This document shows positions 39,238 to 46,892 of a DNA stretch of 64,000 nt, one piece after another. Position numbers and translations under genes: made by a program. Numbering within the stretch: position 1 is the first letter of the stretch; each line of letters opens with the position of its first letter. Under the pieces are notes generated by a model. It made no database searches and had not been told where the DNA came from. It saw only the letters and a list, made by a program, of their open reading frames with translations. The DNA is from a virus (Duplodnaviria; Caudoviricetes): IMG/VR virus record IMGVR_UViG_3300021431_000075, positions 384,001-448,000 of that record; one strand, 5' to 3'.

Positions 39238-40134
39238 TTGGAGATTGTAACAAGACTTGTCCATGACGATCCTGAACGTTCGAGGATTTACAAGTTGCCT
39301 GAATGCAATCTGATGATGCAGATTGTCAGCCGTGATGACTCTGAATACTTGGCAAAGTTCAAGAGTCTGCTGCAGAAGCATTGCCTTTATATTCTGGTAG
39401 GTTCTGAAACATTGTCTGCAAGAAGAAAGATATACATCGGACAGACCGCAGATATGTTAAAGAGGTTTCAGCAGCATGCAAAGAAGAAAGATTTCTGGAC
39501 TGAATGCATGGTTTTCACTTTGATTCGTTCACAGTTCAACCGGTCCCAGATTCAATATCTGGAATACTTGTCGATATTGACAGCGATGGAGTGTGGAGTT
39601 TATGACATGGTCCAGAACTATCAGATTCCGAAGAAGCCGTTCCTTGACGAGACTGATACTGCGTTTGCCGAGAAGGTTTTTGACGATATTCGGTTGCTTT
39701 CTCTGTTTGCCGGTTTCCGGATGTTCAGAAACAAGGTCATAGACTTGAACGATGTCTCGGTGAGTGGTTCCCATACGATGCTGTCAAGAATTGTATATGA
39801 GTACAGCGCGTCGAAGCCTGCTGTTAGTTCGGATTATGTTTCTGAATGTGAGAATGACGAGTCTCTCGTGTCATATGAACTGAAGGGAACAGACTATTAT
39901 GCAAAGGCGGTCTATACGAATGACGGAAGCGTGATGGTGATGCCGTTCGGCTACATATCCCGGAATGTCAAGTTGCCGGATGACTTGTGCCGGTTCTTGC
40001 CGGATGTGAGCGCGTGCATAGATTCTGGTGGCTATATAAAGAGCGGCTTTGTTGTTGACAGTCTTGATGTTGCCGGTGAGATGGTTACTGGCTGTAAAGA
40101 AAATAAGTGGAAAAAAATAGTAACATATATTTAG
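39238..40134 (+). CDS. GIY-YIG nuclease-domain protein
   Basis: CLYILVG...IYIGQT...RFQQH...YLE; TTG start. Confidence 0.8.
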   Translation: MEIVTRLVHDDPERSRIYKLPECNLMMQIVSRDDSEYLAKFKSLLQKHCLYILVGSETLSARRKIYIGQTADMLKRFQQHAKKKDFWTECMVFTLIRSQFNRSQIQYLEYLSILTAMECGVYDMVQNYQIPKKPFLDETDTAFAEKVFDDIRLLSLFAGFRMFRNKVIDLNDVSVSGSHTMLSRIVYEYSASKPAVSSDYVSECENDESLVSYELKGTDYYAKAVYTNDGSVMVMPFGYISRNVKLPDDLCRFLPDVSACIDSGGYIKSGFVVDSLDVAGEMVTGCKENKWKKIVTYI

Positions 40135-40138
40135 AAAG

Positions 40139-40753
40139 ATGAGATTTTTTTTGGACATTCTGAAAAGTGCCATCCTTGCCGGTTGCGCGATTGGGCTGGG
40201 TGGCTATGTCTATCTTACGGTAGGAGGGCTTGCCGGGGCAGTCTTGTTCTCGTTCGGACTTTTGACTGTTTGCTTCTACCAGTTGCACCTGTTTACAGGA
40301 AAGTCCGGATTCTACACGAAAGAGAACATTCTCTACCTGTTCAGTGCGGTTCTGTTTGGAAATGTAATCGGTTGCTGGTTTGTCAGTCTTGTTGCATCTG
40401 ATGCTGTTGTTGCTGCAAGCGCGACTCTTGTTGCTGGCAGGCTTGCTGCTGGGAACTTGACGAACTTCTTGCTTGCTATTCCGTGCGGATTCATCATGAC
40501 AGCCGCTGTTACTGCAGTGAAGCCGGATAAGAACAATCACAGGAACTACTTCCTTATTCTGTACGGCGTTCCGTTGTTCATCATGTGCGGATTCAGGCAC
40601 AGCATCGCGGATGCTTTCTACTATCTTGCGTCCGGAGTTTATTCAACAGAACTTCTGGTGACATGGGTTTTCATAGTTATTGGAAACTATGTCGGTTGCA
40701 ATTTTTACAGATTGTTTAATGATTTTGACACGAAGCCTGTCAATATCTCATAA
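40139..40753 (+). CDS. Formate/nitrite transporter (FNT) family channel
   Basis: AILAGCAIGLGG, LFSFGL, LFTG, GNVIG, FIMCGFRHSIAD, IGNYVG; about 6 TM segments. Confidence 0.85.
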   Translation: MRFFLDILKSAILAGCAIGLGGYVYLTVGGLAGAVLFSFGLLTVCFYQLHLFTGKSGFYTKENILYLFSAVLFGNVIGCWFVSLVASDAVVAASATLVAGRLAAGNLTNFLLAIPCGFIMTAAVTAVKPDKNNHRNYFLILYGVPLFIMCGFRHSIADAFYYLASGVYSTELLVTWVFIVIGNYVGCNFYRLFNDFDTKPVNIS

Positions 40754-40766
40754 GACTTTATTGATT

Positions 40767-41567
40767 ATGCAGAAAACTTCATACAATAGCATTAGCGTCT
40801 ATACGTTTGATGATGTGAGCAACGTCATCGTCTGTGGAGACATTCATGGCGAGTTCAACGAAATCGTCAATAAGATATGTGTCCAGAACAAGATACAGGA
40901 TTCTGTGATTATCATTGCAGGCGATTGCGGGTTCGGTTTCAACAAGAGAGAGTATTATACGAATATGTATAACAAGAACTCGCGCAGGCTTGAGGAGTCG
41001 AACAACTACATATTGTGCATCCGTGGAAACCATGACGACCCCGAATACTACAGTTATGGAGGCTTGTTCGAGAAGAAGCGGATGGTGTGCGTTCCCGATT
41101 ATTCTGTGATAGAGGTTGCCGGAAGAACCATATTGTGCATCGGGGGAGCGGTCTCGATAGACAGGAAGTACAGGATTTATGAAGAGATTCGAATGAACAT
41201 GCATTCTGCAACCAAGACGAAGTCTGTGTACTGGTGTTCTGAGATGCCTGTGTTTGACAGTATGAAGCTTTCCGATGTCATTGGACGATTCGTCATAGAC
41301 ACGGTTGTCACGCATACGGCTCCGTCATTCTGCGAGAAGGTTCAAAAGACAGGCATCGAGGAATGGTGCAAGTTCGATGAAAATCTTTCGGACGATTTGG
41401 ATGCAGAAAGAAAGACGATGGATAAGATATATGATTATCTTGTCGAGAAGAAGCAGCCGATAAGAGACTGGGTGTATGGTCATTTCCACTGGTCTTGGAA
41501 TGCACGGATTGATGGAATCAATTTTACAATGCTCAATATCAATGAGTTAAAAACACTTTATTGTTAG
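40767..41567 (+). CDS. Metallophosphoesterase
   Basis: GDIHG, AGDCGFG, RGNHDD, GGAVSID, VTHTAP, YGHFH; ATG 40767 preferred. Confidence 0.9.
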   Translation: MQKTSYNSISVYTFDDVSNVIVCGDIHGEFNEIVNKICVQNKIQDSVIIIAGDCGFGFNKREYYTNMYNKNSRRLEESNNYILCIRGNHDDPEYYSYGGLFEKKRMVCVPDYSVIEVAGRTILCIGGAVSIDRKYRIYEEIRMNMHSATKTKSVYWCSEMPVFDSMKLSDVIGRFVIDTVVTHTAPSFCEKVQKTGIEEWCKFDENLSDDLDAERKTMDKIYDYLVEKKQPIRDWVYGHFHWSWNARIDGINFTMLNINELKTLYC

Positions 41568-41574
41568 ATTTGTC

Positions 41575-41907
41575 ATGCTATGTTATCTTCCATATACTAA
41601 AGGTGAAGGTTTTGAAGAACTGGTTCGAACTGCACAACATGCTATTGATTCACAAGACAATAACAGAAAGCAAAGACAATGGCTTCAGAAGATTTTGGAT
41701 TTGCTGAAATATGGTAAATATGTGACAATACAAGACAATAAGGGTATGCCGAGAGACGTGATCGGAATTGCAAACGCGCATTCTTTTCTATCTTTCTTTG
41801 ATGTTTGCCATGAGATTTCATGGTTTGATTTGGATGTTGAGCCGATAGAGACCGTTAAATTGGAAGAAACCCATATTTCCTATGGTTTATCTTGCTTGTT
41901 TATTTGA
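41575..41907 (+). CDS. Hypothetical protein
   Basis: 110-aa ORF. Confidence 0.7.
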   Translation: MLCYLPYTKGEGFEELVRTAQHAIDSQDNNRKQRQWLQKILDLLKYGKYVTIQDNKGMPRDVIGIANAHSFLSFFDVCHEISWFDLDVEPIETVKLEETHISYGLSCLFI

Positions 41908-41919
41908 TTTTTAATAACT

Positions 41920-42639
41920 TTGCAGACTATGGTCAAAAAGAAGAATTCAAATGCACTTAAAGATTATGATTTGGCTGACATATATCTTTGGATTGTGCGA
42001 GGGCTTGACTGGAATGAGATACAGAAGTCCTATATTATAATGAATGGAATAGATGCAGATATTAACAACACGGATGATGTTCGTGACTATGATGACATCA
42101 GTGTCGAATTGATGAAAGAATTGTTTTTGTTAATCGTTCAGTCTCTTGAGACATATGACAGCGATGCAGAAAGAGTTCTAATCAATAATTCGAAGAATTT
42201 TGTTGTCATGTTCGATCTCTATGATGATAAAGATGAGATAACTTGCATATATTGTCCTGATGTGTTTCATACCAGAATCAGGATTTCTGTTCCTGATGAT
42301 ACTGTTCCTGATAGGAGAAATAAATTATTCTCTGCTATTAGAAATTCAGAGAAAAATCGTTATGCGTTGAATGTGTATAATATGTACAATGTATGCGATA
42401 AGATGAACTATTGTTATGATTCTCGCGATGATATGATTCATGGTTTGACAGATTGCATGGTCGGTGCGTTCGATGCATCCAAAGAAAGCGAATATGGCGG
42501 TTTTTGCGCAAGTGGAAGATTCATTGTCAGATATGATAAGATTGAGGATATGTTTGATATCATATTCACGATTGAAGAAGAAACGACTCCGTTGACAGTG
42601 TCATCAAGTGCGACTATCAATTTGCAATTATTAAATTAA
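41920..42639 (+). CDS. Hypothetical protein
   Basis: 239-aa ORF; start may be ATG 41929. Confidence 0.75.
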   Translation: MQTMVKKKNSNALKDYDLADIYLWIVRGLDWNEIQKSYIIMNGIDADINNTDDVRDYDDISVELMKELFLLIVQSLETYDSDAERVLINNSKNFVVMFDLYDDKDEITCIYCPDVFHTRIRISVPDDTVPDRRNKLFSAIRNSEKNRYALNVYNMYNVCDKMNYCYDSRDDMIHGLTDCMVGAFDASKESEYGGFCASGRFIVRYDKIEDMFDIIFTIEEETTPLTVSSSATINLQLLN

Positions 42640-42646
42640 GACGAAT

Positions 42647-44224
42647 ATGTTGACAATCCGCACAAGTGTTATAAGAGAGGGTTCATTCAAGGAAAAACTT
42701 CTTAAGATCTTTGGATTTTTCATAAATCCTTCTCATAAGTCAAGTTTGCTAAACAAGCTGAAAGAAAAGAACAAGGAACTTTATAAAAGGTGTGCATATG
42801 GTGCCTTGGATAATGTTTCTTATCTTGACTATAAGTATTGCTATGATTCGGACCCTGATAAGAAGTTGACCAGTTTTCCATATGTTCAAAGCGAGGAAGT
42901 TAATGTTTTGAACAGCAAGGGAGAATTTGTCAAGACGGTAATGGAGTATTTTTTCTATGAGACCGAGTTTGACGAGAGCGACGGCGGCGTACAGGTTCCA
43001 AAGAGCAAGAAATACTATCTTGTTGATCCGGAAGGAATTCATTATCTATATAATTTTCCAAAGAAGTACATGTTCGGCGGCTATAGTTTGAACAGATTTG
43101 TGAAATATGCATATATTCCAGAAATCGGTTTCTGCTATGTAAGAGATAAGCATATTGTAAAGTTATTGATTGGCAACAAGTTCAAATATAAGTTTATGGC
43201 AATCACTAACAAGTGGTTGTATTTCATCTACAGAATCAGGAAGTGTATAGAGAATGCATTGCGTTCCATCATCAATTTCAACTATAAATTCTTGCATACG
43301 ATAGATTCTATCATATTGTGCATAAGGTTTCCGTTCTTGTATCCGAGAAACAGGTTCACCGGACTTCATTATAATAATTGGAAGATGCTTGATAAGATAA
43401 AGGAGTTGAGAAAAGAGAGTGTTGTATCTTTCAATGTATCTGAGACTATAGAGCCTTATGAGATTCAAGGTTATCTGTCCGGCATAGAAGTCCAGAAGAA
43501 ACTCGATGATGAATACGAGAAGATGTTTGACGGCATCAGGCATGATGACCAATATGTGTATTATTTCATTGATGGCGATGGCAATGAAATCCCTGTCATG
43601 AGAACATATAAGAACATCAAGTACAGGTTCAAGATTCTTGACAAGAACGAGCAGCCGAGAATGCTTGTGTGGACTGAAATCAATGGCGGAATATGGATTG
43701 ACATTACGGACGAGAAGCCGTTATTTAAATCAAAAGATGGTGAACCAAAAGAGTCAAGTTATTATAGGGTTGTCATTAACAAGAAACTTTCAAGGAAAGC
43801 GGACAGGATTGAATGGTTCCACAAGTATGTTCTGAACACGATTTTCTCGATTCCGAAGTATAACGAACTTGACGCGATGGAAGAAGGATGGAGACGCAGG
43901 TTCGGAATGGACATGATGAAAGAACTCAGGAAGCAACTCTCCAAAGAGAACTATTTGTACAAGTTCAGGATTACGCAAATCAAGGAGAAGTTCGGCGGAC
44001 TTCGTTTCTATGTGGAATGTGCGTCAAAGGAAGTGTATAGCATTATCGATAAGTACGGGAGCATGTCATTTGGCATATGCATAAATTGTGGAAAAGATGC
44101 GAAGTACAAGACGACCGGTTGGGTTCTACCGTACTGCGAGGAGTGCATAAAAGAACACAATGCCGGTAGTTATGTTCCGATTGATGAAGATGAACCTGAA
44201 TGTGATGAAGAAGATGGCGAATAA
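42647..44224 (+). CDS. Multi-domain hypothetical protein with C-terminal QIKEKFGGLRFY/CxxC module
   Basis: 525 aa; C-terminal CINCG...YCEEC zinc-finger-like pattern. Confidence 0.75.
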   Translation: MLTIRTSVIREGSFKEKLLKIFGFFINPSHKSSLLNKLKEKNKELYKRCAYGALDNVSYLDYKYCYDSDPDKKLTSFPYVQSEEVNVLNSKGEFVKTVMEYFFYETEFDESDGGVQVPKSKKYYLVDPEGIHYLYNFPKKYMFGGYSLNRFVKYAYIPEIGFCYVRDKHIVKLLIGNKFKYKFMAITNKWLYFIYRIRKCIENALRSIINFNYKFLHTIDSIILCIRFPFLYPRNRFTGLHYNNWKMLDKIKELRKESVVSFNVSETIEPYEIQGYLSGIEVQKKLDDEYEKMFDGIRHDDQYVYYFIDGDGNEIPVMRTYKNIKYRFKILDKNEQPRMLVWTEINGGIWIDITDEKPLFKSKDGEPKESSYYRVVINKKLSRKADRIEWFHKYVLNTIFSIPKYNELDAMEEGWRRRFGMDMMKELRKQLSKENYLYKFRITQIKEKFGGLRFYVECASKEVYSIIDKYGSMSFGICINCGKDAKYKTTGWVLPYCEECIKEHNAGSYVPIDEDEPECDEEDGE

Positions 44225-44227
44225 GAA

Positions 44228-44263
44228 AGAGAGCCGTTCTGCAAGGTTGCAGGACGGCTCTCT
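44228..44263. terminator. Bidirectional terminator
   Basis: AGAGAGCCGTTCTGCAA...TTGCAGGACGGCTCTCT. Confidence 0.8.
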
Positions 44264-44267
44264 TCGT

Positions 44268-46193
44268 CTATATGTATGAGATGATGTTTCCTTTATTGTC
44301 GATTTCGAATGACTGGTTGTCTAATACGACCTCCGCTGTTCCTCTTTCGTTGAACTCATAGCAGTAGTCCATGTCGTTTTTCAGCAGAAAGTTTCCGTCA
44401 ATGTCTATGTAGTTCCATTTCTTGTTGCTTTTTTTCTGTACGTTTATGAAACCGTTCCTTAATATTCCCAAGTTTTGAAACCATTCTTCTGACATCAACG
44501 AACCGTCTGATTTCAAGATATTCGAACTGTTTGATTTGAACACGGATGCGATTCCGTCTTTCGAGAACTCGGAAACGGAGTCGAAGTATTCATTGGAAAT
44601 CAGATTGCCTTGAGTGTCTATGAATGCATATTTATAATATGTTTTTAAATACACTTTCGCAAAACCGTTCACAAAAGGCCAGCAACTGTTGAAATCATTG
44701 TTTAAGCTTTTTGAATCATCTAATGGATACAGGAAAGTGCCATCCTGTTTTATGTAATTGAATGTCCCATTATTAAAACGGACATGCGCGAAACCGCAAC
44801 TGAATGAACTTGCGGTTTGGAACCATTCGTTGTTATCATATAGCAGTTTTCCATCTTTTCCTATGAAGTTGTATCCGTTTGATATGCTATGCCTGTTTGT
44901 TCTGCAAACAAGCCCGAATCCTTCATGGAATGGCTTGCAATCTATCAGTGCCAAGTTGTTATTTATCAAGAAAGTGCCATCTGACTTGATGTACGAGTGA
45001 TACTGGTTCCTGAGCATGACAGATGCTATATCTTCTGAGAAGTCATCAAGTCTATAGATTGTTTCTGGAAGTTGTGTATATTTTCCAGTAGTGTCGATGA
45101 AGCCGATTTCACTGCCATACTTCTTAAACACTGTTGCATAACCGTTCTTGAATTCGAATGCGGAGTTGAAATATTCTGTACATAAGAGTTTTCCGGTTTT
45201 CAGGTTCAGATAGTTTTTCTTATTTTCATCATCTTGGTCTGCCACGACCATGAACCCCTCTGATATTTTATCATGTTCACAAGCAGAGAAAGTTTTTTCT
45301 GTTATAGGTTTTCCGGAAGTGTCTATGACTATATTTCTGTTATATGTGTCTGATATTACAGCGATTCCGTTATTGAAGTATGTAGCGTCTGTGTACCACT
45401 TGTCAAGTAGGTAGTTTCCGCTTGTGTCGATGTAGTTGTATTTTCCCAAGCGTCCGACAAGCGAGTAACCGCTTGACGTGAAGTTTATTAAACCGTTGTT
45501 GAACTTGTCTTTTGTGAGGAAACTTCCGTCTTTCTTGACGATTCTTTCTGTAAACATATTATTGAACTCGTCATCGGAAGTTTCTTTTGAGTACAACGAA
45601 TAAAGCGGTGTGCTCTTGTTCAGGCAGAATAGCAGGTTGTACTTGATGAGGGAATGAAGCATGGATTTGAGAATGTCTTCATTTGAAACCGAATAGTCGT
45701 AGTTGCTGTAGAAATTATAGAATTCATCATTCAGTTCAAGCGAGTGCGACATTTCTTGATGCTTTGCTGTGCGGTGAAGATAGCAGACTATCTTTCCGGT
45801 ATCGTTTGTTATTATAAACTTGGATACTGCTGTCTTTTTAATGATTGCACGGATTGTCTTGACCAGTGTGTCATTCAGATTGTCGATGCCATATGTTGAT
45901 GATGTGAAAGATAATCCGACGCTTTTGCTGTTTTCCGTTACATTGATTTCCGGTTTGACGAATGCTTCTATTCGATTGCATTCTTGCTCGTTCGATAGAA
46001 CCGAGTTGATTTTTTCTGTGATAGATGTCATGATACTCCAGACGCTTACCGTATTCGACGTGAATTCAATCTGTATGTTATACGGATATGAAATTGTGTC
46101 ATCAGTAACTTCGTCCGGGTCTATGGTAGAGAGGATATTGTCACTTTCGTTTATGTATAATTCGTCGTTTATCAACATATTGTATAATGGCAT
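44268..46193 (-). CDS. WG-repeat (beta-repeat) protein with INES...DEVTD leader, late
   Basis: Repeated YNYIDTSG / GFIDTTG / FKNGYA / FSEDIA units; minus-strand AATAAATA at 46210-46217. Confidence 0.82.
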   Translation of the reverse strand: MPLYNMLINDELYINESDNILSTIDPDEVTDDTISYPYNIQIEFTSNTVSVWSIMTSITEKINSVLSNEQECNRIEAFVKPEINVTENSKSVGLSFTSSTYGIDNLNDTLVKTIRAIIKKTAVSKFIITNDTGKIVCYLHRTAKHQEMSHSLELNDEFYNFYSNYDYSVSNEDILKSMLHSLIKYNLLFCLNKSTPLYSLYSKETSDDEFNNMFTERIVKKDGSFLTKDKFNNGLINFTSSGYSLVGRLGKYNYIDTSGNYLLDKWYTDATYFNNGIAVISDTYNRNIVIDTSGKPITEKTFSACEHDKISEGFMVVADQDDENKKNYLNLKTGKLLCTEYFNSAFEFKNGYATVFKKYGSEIGFIDTTGKYTQLPETIYRLDDFSEDIASVMLRNQYHSYIKSDGTFLINNNLALIDCKPFHEGFGLVCRTNRHSISNGYNFIGKDGKLLYDNNEWFQTASSFSCGFAHVRFNNGTFNYIKQDGTFLYPLDDSKSLNNDFNSCWPFVNGFAKVYLKTYYKYAFIDTQGNLISNEYFDSVSEFSKDGIASVFKSNSSNILKSDGSLMSEEWFQNLGILRNGFINVQKKSNKKWNYIDIDGNFLLKNDMDYCYEFNERGTAEVVLDNQSFEIDNKGNIISYI

Positions 46194-46225
46194 ATGAACT
46201 ATTATACGGTATTTATTTTCATCTT

Positions 46226-46233
46226 TATAAATA
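46226..46233 (+). promoter_or_regulatory. T4-type late promoter TATAAATA
   Basis: Exact T4 late consensus upstream of the gp4-like gene, divergent from the late promoter at 46210-46217. Confidence 0.7.
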
Positions 46234-46284
46234 TATCAAAATGATTTTGCAAAGATAGCAAAATTAAATTATTCATACAAGATA

Positions 46285-46854
46285 ATGAGTCTGAATAGCG
46301 ATTATAAGAAGAAGCACAAGCCGCTGAAAGAAGGTGTCGGAAGATATCACCAGGGTTACTATGTGCCGAAGTTGCATCCGGAGAAATGCGTTACGTTGGG
46401 AGAGAACGTGTATAGAAGCGATTGGGAACGCAGGCTGATGGACTGGTTTGACAGGTCGCCGAGCGTGGTGCGCTGGGGTTCGGAGCCTATTTCGGTGCCG
46501 TACTTGAATCCTATCGCAAATTTCAACTATTGTGTGAGCCACGGTTTGGATCCGAAGAATCCGAGATACTGGAAGAAGATGAATTATAACATCGACTTCT
46601 GGGCAGAGATGATAGACACGAACAATGTAGTGACGAAGTATTTCATAGAAGTGAAGCCGTATGCGCAGACGATAGAGCCGAAGCCGCCAAAGGATGGCGC
46701 GAAAGTTGCTGACTATAAGAAGTACAACGAGCAGATGAAGACGTATCTTGTCAATCAGCAGAAATGGCTTGCTATGGAACAGTTCTGTGAAGAACATGGA
46801 TGCAAGTTTATGAAAGTGACAGAGCATACGTTGAAGAAACTCGGTCTTTTGTAG
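46285..46854 (+). CDS. Head completion nuclease (T4 gp4 / TnsA-like endonuclease)
   Basis: YHQGYY.P..PEK, YRSDWE, WGSEPISVPY, YNIDF, IEVKPYAQT, NQQKW. Confidence 0.88.
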   Translation: MSLNSDYKKKHKPLKEGVGRYHQGYYVPKLHPEKCVTLGENVYRSDWERRLMDWFDRSPSVVRWGSEPISVPYLNPIANFNYCVSHGLDPKNPRYWKKMNYNIDFWAEMIDTNNVVTKYFIEVKPYAQTIEPKPPKDGAKVADYKKYNEQMKTYLVNQQKWLAMEQFCEEHGCKFMKVTEHTLKKLGLL

Positions 46855-46892
46855 TTAAAAAAATAAATACAATAAATTACAATTTTGTGTTG

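Noticed and set aside
39238-40134. GIY-YIG as an intron-borne homing endonuclease, or a frameshifted pseudogene (out-of-frame ATG at 39233)
   Set aside because: No interrupted host gene flanks it, and a TTG start gives an intact ORF.
46285-46854. Tn7-like transposon (TnsA fold)
   Set aside because: No TnsB/TnsC or terminal repeats; motifs and the late promoter fit T4 gp4 head completion.
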